Source: Eledone cirrhosa
Lineage: Eukaryota
Assembly: GCA_964016885.1 (NCBI GenBank)
Contig: OZ024756.1
Location: 23,932,001 to 23,996,000 of the forward strand
DNA length: 64,000 nt
Direction: 5' to 3'
Under the pieces are notes generated by a model. The model saw only the letters and a list, made by a program, of their open reading frames with translations, was not told the DNA's origin and ran no database searches. The position numbers and the translations under genes were made by a program. Numbering within the stretch: the stretch's first letter is position 1; every line of letters starts with the position of its first letter. Positions 1 through 19,122 of this stretch are shown here, piece by piece.

Positions 1-94
1 ACATTAAATTTCAGCACTGAGCATATAAAAAAAATCAAAATAAGCTTTATTCTATCGTTATGTTGCTCTGTTTTTTTTTCTGTTCAAACTCTAG

Positions 95-151
95 CTGTCT
101 GATGAGGTCATAGCTGTTGCATAATGGTTATCACCGAAATATATATAACAG
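95..151 (+). ncRNA. Minimal type-I hammerhead ribozyme motif (family G)
   Basis: CTGT-CTGATGA(99-105)-GGTcATAGCTGTT/gcat/AATGGTTATcACC-GAAA(136-139)-TATATA-TA^ACAG. Stem I CTGT/ACAG, 13-position stem II with G-U pairs and one mismatch, palindromic stem III ATATATAT. Confidence 0.85.
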
Positions 152-717
152 GGACTATGAATAAATCAAGTTAATTTTGACCTGTTGACTTACACTTCTT
201 ATTTATATATATATATACTCTGGAGTAAACAGAGCCACCTGCATACTGAAGTGTCGGTAATTAACCAACACATACTCGAATTTATATATATATACACACA
301 CACACACATACATATATTCTATTATAAGAAGAGAAGATACAAGTCTATAATAAGAAACTATAAATTCATTTATATTATATTATATATATATATATATATT
401 CAATTTACTACGATATATAAATGTTATACTTTTATTAAATCTAAATGGTGAATTTCAAACCGTTGATATTATTAATGTGTATGTGTCAAAAAAAACATCT
501 CGTTAAAATATTATATTTAAATGCATATACATACACGAAGATCTTATAGGAAGAAATAAAACATTAAGCGACAGTTTGTTATTCATATCTCATTCTTCTT
601 TAAATACTTTGTCTCCTCCCAAATTTCCTAAGACAAAAACCAAATAAAGAAATCTTTAGAAATATAATGATAAGAGTAAAGAGTTAAAAAAAAACATTAA
701 AAAACCCAATATTTTTG

Positions 718-1475
718 TTAATGTAAGAAAAGGGTAAGATGTAACCTATCTCTTTGAGTGGTGGGGGTAGATTCTGAGATCGGTGTTGGATATGCCATAG
801 AATAAGACTTGTTATATTTAGGGGGATATAAGTCAGTTCGGATTTGTTGCGAGGGGCCAATTGAACCCTGCGAATAGTTATCCTGCAGCTGACAATTTTT
901 GAAAAATGACGACAGTTGAGAAATAACTGAGGAATCCTTTTCCCATATTAAACTTCCATTAGAAATAATAGGATTGCTGCTGTTGTTGCTGTTGACTATG
1001 TCGAAATTACAAACTGGTGTTGATTTGTGTTGTAGTGTCTCTGCATTAGTAGCGGATGCTTGTTGCCGACAGTCAGCAGCAGCAGTAGTAGTCATGGCAG
1101 CAGAAGCTGGTGTAACTGTAGATGTTGCAAGCATTGTTGGGGCAGATTTAGGAGTCATGTCAGTTGAAGAAGAAGGGCTTTGTGACAGATTCAGAACATC
1201 GGAGTGTTTTTCAGTCAATGAAGAACTCTTTGTCATGTCTGTGATTGTTTTCTGTGGTTTCGAGCATTCATTTGCTTTACAGTTGATTGGGTAGTTGGTT
1301 TTGTTGAACACTAGTTTAGAATTCAAAGAGCTGGGAACTAAATTGAACTGTGGAGATGGTGGTTCTTTGTTGATCCGATGATTAACTTTCAGTGGTGTTC
1401 TTGAATCATTAAATCCATTTGGTTTCAATGCCAATGTGCCTAATTTTTTAATAGGGACTACATGATGGGATGCAT
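718..1475 (-). CDS. Second coding exon of the same gene; Ser/Thr/Asn/Pro-rich (ASHHVVPIKKLG...YSMAYPTPISESTPTTQRD). Ends at stop 718 or at a weak donor AG|GTTACA (exon end 746)
   Basis: Strong acceptor tctctcttctttgttttgttcacAG| at 1477-1476. The exon starts in phase 1, so A+AT joins the previous exon in frame (Asn). About 250 open codons. Confidence 0.8.
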
Positions 1476-1546
1476 CTGTGAACAAAACAAAGAAGAGAGA
1501 ATATGTATTTTTCGACTAATTTCAGTAAATCAGGTAACTCATAACA

Positions 1547-1722
1547 AGGTGTTTAAAAAAATTAGATATTTGAGATGTAAATATCCCAGAAACTACATCT
1601 AGGATGAGATTGAGTAGGCTTAATGTTGAGCAACATAAGATTTATTTCTCAAAATTATAACACTAATTCACAATATATAATGGGATATTTACATCTCAAA
1701 TATCTAATTTTTTTAAACACCT
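1547..1722. mobile_element. MITE with perfect 42-bp terminal inverted repeats (possibly Tc1/mariner-derived)
   Basis: aggtgtttaaaaaaattagatatttgagatgtaaatatccca (1547-1588) is the exact reverse complement of 1681-1722, around a 92-bp spacer. Confidence 0.7.
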
Positions 1723-2054
1723 ATATCAACTCGTAATGTCCTGTACCACATGCAACCACATTAGCAAGACATTCTTAAAAAATACAAAAAAAAGCACCAT
1801 GACTGCGTCACATTAAAGCAAAATCTTTAAGCTTACCATAAACATCTAAATCAATAAAAACCTGTTTTTAGATATTTTCTGCTAAATCATTACTGAATGG
1901 ATAAGAGTTAATATCATTTCATTATATTGATTTCTAATATTGATACTAAGACATAAACTTGCAGGTATAAAAGAAGTATAGTACATCTCGGAAAACTTAT
2001 TGTAAAATCAACGCTAATGATGGAGATGCTTGGAGGTCATTTCAGCTACTAGAA

Positions 2055-2390
2055 TGCATGGTCCCATAACTCCTGAGATTCGTAGGGACACCTTATTAAC
2101 ATACAGCATTTTTAGGGCATTTTTAAACCTGGTGGAGCCCATCTCTTCTCTAGGTCTGAATACAGCAGATTTCTTCCAGAGAAGGATAAAGAATGAGAGA
2201 ATGGAAGTGAGAAAGAAATATAGAGGAAGAATTGATCCCCATTACTAGACTGGTACTTTTTTTATTATTGAGCTAGAACAAATGAAAGGCAAAGTTGACA
2301 TCAGCTGGATTTCAACTGACAGAGTAAAGAGCCAAACCAAATACTACAATGCATTCTATCCGACGTTCTAATGATTCTGCCAATTTGCTG
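2055..2390 (-). mobile_element. Composite SINE: family-1 head, CT-rich linker and a distinct 3' module
   Basis: The module (aaatctgctgt...gagatgggctcc...aaacgccgta...ttacgggac) recurs at 18850-18960, 31000-31125 and 34445-34565. In three of the four places it follows a family-1 SINE fragment and a CT tract. Confidence 0.6.
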
Positions 2391-4411
2391 CCTTTCAGCT
2401 ACTTGAATAACAGCCAAGTCTTTCTTAACCCTTTAGTGTTCAAACTGGCCCAAACCGGCCAGAATTCTCTACCTCTTTCTGTTGAAACCGTCTGTAACTG
2501 TTCACTCAAACTGATGTTAAGGTATTGTTCTCAAAATAAATACTTTCAAAATCTCATAGATTCAATATTATGTGAGATAATTATGTGTGGTAAAGCCTTT
2601 ACCATGAAAATATAATAGTATATATAAAATAATGTGAATGCTAAAGGGTTAAATCATAAAATATCCTGTTCTGCATAAAACCAAATTAGCAAGACACTCT
2701 TGAAAAGTATAATAGATGCATTACTGCAATTTACATCTTATTAAAAATTAAAGTCTTTTACTGTATTACTGTGAATTTTCATAATGGTTTGTCCACTTGT
2801 AAAGATACAAATATTTGAATTAACAAACCAATTTTTTATATATTCTCTGCTAAATCATTGCAGGATGTAATCATACCATACCATCTTGAACAAGAAAAAA
2901 AACTAAGGGAGCCTCTACAAGATTGCTTGACTTTCTAAAAACAACAGCCAAATTCCTTTGAATTAGATCCTTCCATCCTGGGCTTCTACACATAGGAAGA
3001 ATATAAATAGGATGGTCATAGCTGGGATGTGATCAGAGCTAACTTAAGGCAAAATAACATCATCATCATCATCTAGCTTAACATCTTTACTTGTTATAAG
3101 CACTGGGCATTTTGATAGACTTTTTCAAAGAATCTCTCCAGTGTGGGATAGGTTTTGGTCCTGGTTCCAAGCTTTCAGATGATCCCTATTTACCTCTTCC
3201 CAACAACAATAACAAACATTAACATGTTATTACAAAAGGATCGTCACAGCTGGAATGTGATCAGGGTTAAATAACAATAATATAAACAACTTATTTCAAA
3301 AGGATGGTCACAGTTGGAATGGGATCAGGGCTAATTTAACCCTTTAGCATTTACATTACTCTATATTTACTATTATATTTTCACAGTAAAGGATTTATCT
3401 CACGAGATTTTTATTTCATTTATTTTGAGAACAATATCTTAACATCAGTATGAATGGCCGGTTACAGCCACTTTAAATGCTAAAGGGTTAAGGCGAAATA
3501 ACGACAACAAACATTAACAAGTTATTACAAAATAATGGAGCCTCATCAGTTTCCATGATAAGCATTCAATTGGCCAATCAACTGAATGTCCAACGCATTA
3601 ATTAATGTATAAGTGGTTGTGTATTCCACACACATGTGTACCCTCAACACAATTGACAGGAAGAATCAGCTTGACACAATAAGCAACAAGGCTGGACCTT
3701 TGAATTACTGGTACAATCCATCCGATGGGCTTCCATACAGTTTCTGTTTACCCAATTTTGGTTTGACTTGATGCCACGCAGTAAGATCAAACCCAGAACC
3801 TCACTAATGTGAATCAAACACCTTAATCTTAACCACTCAGCTATCCCTGCATCCACTATGGTAAAAAAAGCTGTATGTTGTATCATCATCATCACCGTTT
3901 AGCATCTATTTTTTCATGCTTGCATGGGTTACATGGTTCGTCCACATCAGGAGACAAGTCTGGCCAGAATTAGCCACATCGTACCTTGCTCCGACAGGAC
4001 TATAAATTTGGCAGGGGGTTTTACAGCTGGATGCCTTTCCTAACACTAACTACATTTACACAGAAGAATAGAATAATTCTTTGTGTCAAAGACATGACAA
4101 GCTCCTTAGTGTTGGTGATCTACACAATAAACACACACAGTAGACTCTGTAAAGTGGTTGGTGATAGGATGGGCATCCATCCAACCATAGAAAGCTTGCC
4201 AAAAAAATGATTAGGGGAAACTCTTCAGCTCTGTCTAAGACACGACAAACTCCTTGATGCTGGTGTTACGATAAAATGTACTCAGTTGGGTATGGTGTAC
4301 TCACTCAGGCTGTGAAGACCCATTCAACTCTTGCTAGAAGAGAAGATGTATGTTTAATGATGATGATAAAAGCAATAAATATATAAATAAATAAATTAAT
4401 AGTTTCCTCAC

Positions 4412-5864
4412 TTTGTCTATTTGTTTCAGAAGCTGTGCTGTTAGGAGTTCCTGATGCGGTGCTTTGCTTGCTGGGTGAAGGGGACATCTGATGAGAGGAG
4501 TGTGTGCTGACATCATATTTTAAAACCGGCTCGTTTAACTTTGGGGAAAACTGCCTGGAAACTGCAGCATCGGTAGATTTAGCTACAGGTTGTGTTGGAA
4601 GAGAGGTATGAGGTGTGATGTGTTTATTTAGCATCTTCATTGAATGCTGTTGAGGTGGTGCCGATTGGGTTATTGTGGTGCCATTGTAGTGGGAATTAGA
4701 TAGGGTGTGGCTACCAGATACACCAACGGTAGACATAGAACCAACAGTCTGATGAGGAACTGCTGTGGGATGTTGGTTAGGCACCGGTAAACATCCTGTC
4801 CTGTGTAAGGGACTGTGCTGCGGCTGTTGTTGGTGTTGGTGGTGTTGTTGGTGCTGATGGTGTTGCTGCTGTTGTTGGTGAGCTGCTACAAGAGTGCCTT
4901 GCATTGGAGCATGCTGCAGTATAGAATTCTGCATGGCATGCTGCGGAGTTGGCGGCACAACTGCACCAGACATTGTATTTGGATTCTGAGAGGGTGAAGG
5001 AGGCACAACAGCAGTGTGGAGCATTGAAGGTGGCTGATGTGCATTTGCAATCATATTACTGTGCAACTGAGAGTGCTGCTGATGTGGATGCATCACAGAG
5101 TTAAACGGCTGAATAGGGGGATAGTGGTGGGGGACAGGAGCTGATTGAGCAGTGCCGGTCATTTGCACAGAGGGAAGGGGATGGCTTGCCAAAACGGTTG
5201 GCGTCTGAAGAATTCCAGGGTGCGGCTGTGATGGTGAAACTAGGGTTTCATGCATTGCAGCATACGACGGCTGGGGATGGGATGTGTGCAGTACGTTGTC
5301 ATGGAGTGGATGGGGAGCCTGGTGAACAGGTGGTAAGAGAACTCCAGGCAGAGAAGGAACATGAGATTGCGCAATGTACTGTTGGGGTGCCATTGGATCA
5401 TGATGTTGGTAGGAGTTTTGTTGGTGAGTAAGAATAACTGCTCCATGGGGCTGCCCCGAATAGTGATGGGGAGGGGAGAGGACCAAGTCATGGGTGTGGG
5501 GGGAACAGTAGGTAGGGGGGAGAACAATGCCTTCTTGTTGTTGAACCGGTGAAGACTGTGGCAGGGTATGTGGCATCGGTTGTTGTTGTTGGATGTAAGT
5601 GGGGTGTATTATGGCGTTGTTGGGCTGAATCAAATGTTGGTTAGAAGGGATGATGACGGTTTCGGGATTTGGGATATGGTGTGATGGCAAACAGCCGTTG
5701 GCAGCGACAGGCTGGGTAGAACTTTGTGAGAATGGGTGTTGCATGAAACTGTCATAAGGAACAACAGATATATCGACAGCGCCAGGTTGTTGTGGTAGGG
5801 GGTGCACTTTAACCATATTTGGTTCACCACTCACAACAGAACTTCCTTGTGGATGAGCAAGCAT
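4412..5864 (-). CDS. First coding exon of a host gene; His/Gln/Pro-rich low-complexity N-terminal region (MLAHPQGSSVVSGEPNMVKV...SETNRQ)
   Basis: 519-codon non-repetitive ORF with GC content above background. Polypyrimidine acceptor ttattttctgatttcAG| opens the exon at 5920, with an in-frame TAA just upstream of the ATG at 5864. Donor A|GTGAGG at 4411-4410 (phase 1), after which the ORF becomes AT-rich intron-like sequence. No recognisable folded domain. Confidence 0.85.
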
Positions 5865-6623
5865 GTCTGCTTTGCTTTACTGTGATTGAGAATTTAGACC
5901 AGCCACTAGCATCAGTTTCTCTGAAATCAGAAAATAACAAAAATCAATAATCAATAACAAATAACATAAAAAAATATATTATCTAAAAAGTTATTGAGTC
6001 AGAACAAATACTACAAAACCCTTTTTCTGATGCTCTAACAATTCTGACTGTTAAATCTACCCCAATTTTTAACTGGCACTTTATTTTATCGATTCAATAA
6101 GGGAGAAAGTCAAAGCTAACCTAGACAGGATTTGAACTCAGAACATAAAAAGCTGAAGCAAATATTAGGAAGTATTTTGTACAACAGTTCAATCACTACT
6201 AATATTAATACTGTCACACTGTCCCTATTTCTAGGTCAACCATTTGTGGTTGACCTAGAAATAGAGATCAACCACGTGGAGAATAACCACAAACACTGTC
6301 ACTATGGAAATAGGAGCACTAGGATTAGAACCAGCACACATTCTCAGACAAGCTCTCTTTCTAATGAAAACTTCTATTGCCTTAGATTCAAGATCTGAAC
6401 CCGATAACAGAGAAAGAGAACAGAACCAAGCAAAATAACACAATAATAATAATATTGATGATTTCTACTTTAGGCACAAGGCCAGCAATTTGGGGGGAGG
6501 GGAAGTCGATTAAATCAACCCTAGTACTTGCCTGATACTTTATATCTATTGACCCCAGAAGGATGAAAGGCAAAGGATTTGAACACAGAACATAAAGGAA
6601 TGTAACTAATAACAATAATAATT

Positions 6624-6798
6624 GTTTCTACTTTAGGCACAAGGCCAGCAATTACCCAGTGCATTACTGGTACTTTATTTTATCGACCCCGTAAGGATGA
6701 AAGGCAAAGTGAACCTCGGCGGGATTTGAACTCAGATCGTAAAGGGACGTAACTATGCTGGAAAGCATGGCGTCCGACTCTTTACCGATACTGCCAAT
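6624..6798 (-). mobile_element. tRNA-derived SINE family 1, near full-length copy
   Basis: Reverse complement of the consensus ggattggcagtatcggtagag...GAGTTCAAATCC (B box)...ctttgcctttcatccttacggggtcgataaaataaagtaccag...cctaaagtagaaac+(ATT)n. The core resembles the Meta/Sauria SINE central domain (recalled, not searched). Confidence 0.85.
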
Positions 6799-7089
6799 GC
6801 CGATAAAATAATCTACCAGTAAGAAACTGAGGTTGATTTAAACGATTTTCCTTTCCCTCCAAATTGTTGGCTTTGTGCCAAAATCAGAAACCATTATTGT
6901 AATATATATATATACGTATATATATATATACACGCAGTAATACAGAAGACCCGACTTACCACGGGTACAAGCCGAAGCAGAAGCATACAGACAATATGCC
7001 CCCCCCCCCCCCCCCCACACCCCTGCACGGCAAAAACTAACCAGCCCACACTGTAAAGTGGACGCGCAGGCGCCACGGACAAAAGGCAC

Positions 7090-7247
7090 CCAGCACTCAC
7101 TGTAAATGAGGTTGGTATTAGGAAGGGCATCCAGCTGTAGAAATGCCAGAATCAGTTCCAGTATGAGCAAGACAAGGTCAGCCGACAACCCATCTAAACC
7201 ATGTTAGCGTGGAAGAACGGACGTAAAACGGTGATGAGGATGATGAC
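7090..7247 (+). mobile_element. SINE family 3 3' part with (GAT)n tail (RTE-type tail)
   Basis: ggttggtattaggaagggcatccagctgtagaaa...cggacgtaaaacg(gat)n. Related copies at 3880-4050 (-), 11755-11921 (+), 44330-44490 (-) and a fragment at 10640-10680 (-). Confidence 0.7.
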
Positions 7248-7266
7248 TCATACATACAAACACACA

Positions 7267-7340
7267 CATCGTTTAGCTCAATGGTACAGAGCGTTCAGCT
7301 GGAATTTGAGAGCTACAGAGTTCGATACTCTGTGGTAGCT
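7267..7340 (+). pseudogene. tRNA-like sequence (pseudo-tRNA or SINE head)
   Basis: D arm GCTC/GAGC with A box TAGCTCAATGG, anticodon-like loop CT-GGA-AT, perfect T arm CAGAG-TTCGATA-CTCTG. The acceptor stem does not pair and there is no long variable arm. Confidence 0.6.
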
Positions 7341-7435
7341 GCTGGCTGGTCACATTTTCCATCTTTGGGGGGATTTTACCTGATTTTCTAAGCTGTATTT
7401 ACAGCTGTTTCTTTTTTAGTTTGAGATTTTCTATG

Positions 7436-7499
<64 letters not shown>

Positions 7500-7612
7500 C
7501 ATACACACACACATCATGATGACGATTATGAAATATTTCGTGAGAATTGAACTCAGAATGCAGGATAACATGATTAGATACCGCAAACCATATTCTAGTT
7601 AAACACTCTAAC

Positions 7613-7662
<50 letters not shown>

Positions 7663-9493
7663 TTTTACTTACATTCGCTATTTAAAGATAAATAAAAGCA
7701 GGGTGGAGACTTGAAAATAAACACGATACCAACCCCTACCGGAAGGAAGCATATTACAGAGTATTTTTTTTTTTTTATATATATAACTTCCACTATGTTG
7801 AAAACTTTAAAACGACACAATGAGAGAATATCACTACCCCTACCAAAATTCTAATGATCGTACTCCAGTATGGCCTTAACCGTATACCCCTACCAAAATT
7901 CTAATGATGGTACTCCAGTATGGCCTTAACCGTAATGGCTAGAACAAAGTATGTAGTGAGTTAACTTCTGAAGCAAACAATGATAGCCATAACAGAGCAG
8001 TAAAAACTAAAACGCAATTAAAAAAAAAATGAAAGTAAGATAATATCTGAATAAGTCTTAAAAGTTATTCGTGGATTTTAATGGAAATTATGCAGGATAT
8101 AGTCGGTTTTATAGACTTTCAATAAATATAGATGTTTTGCTGGGGGTTTTATGCAGTCAAATAATTAAGTAGACATTTTCTGAAGAAGAAAAAAAAGACT
8201 GATTTCGAAGTTTTGTCGAATTGCTACAGCAATTCGACAAAACTTCTAAATCCATATTTATATATATGTGTGTAAATGCCGCGGTCGGGATATTATACCA
8301 TTAACAACCCATGTATTGAGTACTCCCGTGATTAGTGGTCTCTCCGATTAGTGGTCTCACCGCAGACTATACAGATATACATAGTTTTTATTAAATTTCA
8401 TACACTTAACATGTATGCGCGATCTTAGGTTTCAGTTATGGCCACTACTGTAGAGTGGAGTAGTCGTTCTCTGAAACTGATACATGTTAAGTGTATGAAC
8501 TTTAATATAAACTAAATAAGCTCTCTTGTACTAGATTGGGCATTGTTTTCCTTGACCTTTTATCTACGGGTACCCTGCATGCACACACACACACACACAC
8601 ATATATATATAAGCAAATAGATCTGTAATGAATATAAACAAATATGTTAACAGTTCATCAGAGAGAGAAAGAGAGCACAGAATAAAACTTTCACTCGATG
8701 TATTCCGAGCCTTTGATCACAGATGTCTCTTAATTACAATCAAAGAAATTTCAGCTATGTCCAAACCCGTCATCTAAGGAGGGCATCAAGGACTTCTTTT
8801 TTAAAGAAACATTTGGCTACTGTTTCTAGTATACAAGCAACCACATAGAATAGGAGCTCTAAACTGATCGATATGGAACGCCAAGACATCGATGGGATTT
8901 TAGGGGCCAATACATTTGTATAAGAAATGAAAATACATAAAGTAATACGAGAAAATACAACTTGCTGATACTGGTTTCTGATTTATACATAACTAGTATT
9001 TATTGTCTATTTTATATTACATTGTTAACTGGTTTGTTTATTTACTTTTTTTGTACATATTTAGAATCGATGAAGGGGAGAGAGGGTAAAAAATTCTATG
9101 GAAGCGGGGTCGATGGTATAAAAATGTTTGGGGGATCTCAATTATATGGGTTTCCTAAGAGAGCATAAAGACAGGCAGGTTATTTAGACGTATAGGATAG
9201 GTGGGTTGATCCATAAAACTTGGTGGATCCACTACCGAACGATAATAATATATAGTTGAAGGAGAGAGAGAAAAACACAATAATTAACATTGCAAATAAC
9301 AGGGAAAACACGCCCATAAAATAATAAGCAACTGAACAGACAATATGCTAGAGTAAAGGGAATAAAAAAAGTGATCGTTATAATCACAAACAGCATGGCG
9401 TGATGATGAAAATATTTAGATGGAAACATTAAAACAACGAAGTGGGTGTGTGGATTATGTGTATATATGAATACAACGGGCTTCTGTTCTCAG

Positions 9494-9529
<36 letters not shown>

Positions 9530-9802
9530 AGAGAGTAGATATTACATGTAGATGCGACGGTCATGATAAAAAATATTTTCGACCAGTTTAAAGCTTGGCT
9601 GACCACCAGACAAGCATTTAATAAATATTTCTCCATTATACATCTTTAAAGGCTAGAGTACTCAGATGAATAATGGGCTTACTAGCTTCTTCGATGCTAA
9701 CATCTTATCTTCTCCCTCTCTCTCTATGTATATATATACATATATAAAGCAGGTGAACTCACTATTTAGTTGAGTAACAAGACCCACTATTTAGCCTGAA
9801 TA

Positions 9803-9839
<37 letters not shown>

Positions 9840-10254
9840 AACAAACGATTATATAAACATTGTAAAGAATATATTTTGAATATTTATTTACAGCAGTCTA
9901 TATTGTAAATAATAATAATAATAATTAATAATTGTTTCTACTTTTTGGCACAAAGCCAGCAATTACCCAGTGCATTACTGGTACTTTATTGTATCGACCC
10001 CCGTAAGGATGAAGGCAGAGTTAACCTCGGCTAAATAATAATTGTTTCTACTTTAGGCACAAGGCCAGCAATTACCCAGTACATTAATGGTAATAAAACA
10101 TATGCAACCACAAATGAAATGATTGCAATGCGTAGACATACGACCATCTAGATGTACTTCCTAACATCTTTTTACATACACGTACTATACATATGTGTTG
10201 AAATTTATTTACAAAAGAGAGTAAAGCTTATTCAATGAATGAAATAGAATGTGT

Positions 10255-17185
<6,931 letters not shown>

Positions 17186-17313
17186 GTAGGAGGTGAGGTT
17201 TTAATTGTAGTACAATAAAGCAATGCAGATATCGGATAAGAAGCACTCTACAGTTTGTAGGACTGGAGTATACATAATATATAAGAACAAAAGATGGTTA
17301 AAAGAGTTTCATG

Positions 17314-17384
17314 TATTTTATTATGCGCATTTCAAAAACAAATATCATCATGCAATAATATTTGTGTTTTCATCAGATAAAACA
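17314..17384 (-). ncRNA. Hammerhead ribozyme motif, family B left arm
   Basis: Reverse complement of the motif at 17810-17880; core intact. Confidence 0.8.
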
Positions 17385-17809
17385 GGAAGACATGATATGA
17401 AGGTTAAAAAACACTTGTGGATAGTTGAGTTTTAAATCAACATATAAACCCCTCAATATACAAACCTTAACTTTACATTATTTTTCTCTTCGTTAATTTT
17501 CAAATTCTTTTAATTTATACATTATCTTCCAACGGTTTTCAACCTCTCTATGTAAAACAATATATCTTTCTCAGTTATAAAAGCTATCTCTCTCTCTCTA
17601 TCACCTATCTCTCCTCCTATCTCATCCTTCCTCATTATACTCCTCCTTTTCCACTTTTTACTCTCATCTCCTCCTCTTTTTCACCCCCCCCCCCCCTCAA
17701 AATAAAATATTTTTCCCAATATCACACATCAATCTAAAACTACTTCTCATATGTTGATTTAAAACTGAACTATCCACAAGTGTTTTTTAACCTTCATATC
17801 ATGTCTTCC

Positions 17810-17880
17810 TGTTTTATCTGATGAAAACACAAATATTATTGCATGATGATATTTGTTTTTGAAATGCGCATAATAAAATA
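17810..17880 (+). ncRNA. Hammerhead ribozyme motif, family B right arm
   Basis: TGTTTTAT-CTGATGA(17818-24)-AAAcACAAATATTATT/gcat/GATGATATTTGTtTTT-GAAA(17861-64)-TGCGCA-TA^ATAAAATA; palindromic stem III ATGCGCAT. Confidence 0.85.
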
Positions 17881-17919
17881 CATGGAACTCTTTTAACCAT
17901 CTTTTGTTCTTATATATAA

Positions 17920-17970
<51 letters not shown>

Positions 17971-17999
17971 TTATATATATTTATTTATATATATATATA

Positions 18000-18079
<80 letters not shown>

Positions 18080-18646
18080 TTTCTAAATGTATGTCACCAA
18101 TGTTTAGTGACACCAATTTCTGTGTATTGTCATTCTAAACACCTTCATTACAATAAGTACATTATATATAAATAAACACAGATACGTGTCCAAAGTGTGT
18201 GTGTTGCGACACTTTAGTATGTCAATGATAATCTCGAAGTGTGACACAAAATTACAACATTCAGTCAAATCCGATCAGCTGTCACGAATATATTAGCTGA
18301 GGAGAGATATTTGAGATCTGACAATCCGTGACACGTGATTTGATATTTCATTGTTGATTTATTAATCTAAATCTAATTTATATCATTTCACCAAGAAAAT
18401 TTAATATGTCAGGAAAATTGTGTAATTTTTGTTAAAAGCTTGTGTCTCCAACGTGGAAGGTTTAAAAAGCTTTTATCTACGATAAACGAGATCAAACGAC
18501 AAGATTGGGAGAATTGAGTGCCACAGGCCAGCACCAACAGTTTTCCAAGAGACGTCAACGTGAATGAACCTATTATTTTTATCTAAAGACATATTTTTCT
18601 AATTCCAACCCACCCGTCCCCTCAATCTATCTTATTTCTCATTCTT

Positions 18647-18682
18647 TCTTCTGATGAAGGACTAGCGTCCGAAACGTTAAGA
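18647..18682 (+). ncRNA. Ultra-minimal hammerhead motif (CUGAUGA-A variant, family H)
   Basis: TCTT-CTGATGA-A-GGAC/tagc/GTCC-GAAA-CG-TT^AAGA. Stem III is reduced to the palindrome AACGTT. Confidence 0.7.
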
Positions 18683-18744
18683 CCCTCTTCCTCCTATTTC
18701 AAGCGTTAACCTAATATATTCCTGTTTACCTTTTACTGTTTACC

Positions 18745-18817
<73 letters not shown>

Positions 18818-19023
18818 CAGTCTATTATTTGGGGTCGAACCTTCCTCTCTCTTGAAGAAATCTGCTGTACTCGGGCCTGGAGGGGGATGGGTTTCGCCAG
18901 GCTTAAAATGCCCAAGAAACGCCGTATGTCAATACGACTCTATCAAGACTTACGGGACCATACAATATATACATGAAATATGACATATACATATTTATAT
19001 GTATTACACACACACACGCGCGC

Positions 19024-19060
<37 letters not shown>

Positions 19061-19083
19061 AACTTGACTGTCACCACATATTA

Positions 19084-19122
19084 TGAACCTGAAGATTGCG
19101 AAAGCATGAAAGTACTTGTTCA
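19084..19122 (+). ncRNA. Minimal hammerhead ribozyme motif
   Basis: TGAAC-CTGAAGA-T-TGC/gaaa/GCA-T-GAAA-GTAC-TT^GTTCA. Perfect 5-bp stem I, GNRA-capped stem II, palindromic AGTACT; lies between (TA)n tracts. Confidence 0.75.

Larger units (their letters stand above)
17186..17912. mobile_element. Family B hammerhead-bearing inverted-repeat element (Penelope pLTR-like) inside (TA)n
   Basis: ~17280-17445 is the near-exact reverse complement of ~17749-17912, with a ~300-bp spacer and an extra tail at 17186-17280. Same family as 49486-49898. Confidence 0.8.

Noticed and set aside
974-1294. Plus-strand ORFs overlapping the exons (also 4815-5552)
   Set aside because: Antisense shadows of the real minus-strand coding frame.
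7267-7340. Functional tRNA-Ser(GGA)
   Set aside because: Acceptor stem is unpaired and there is no long variable arm.
7667-7760. Candidate 5' UTR exon of the host gene (GTAAGT donor at 7672)
   Set aside because: A donor hexamer alone is insufficient without transcript data.
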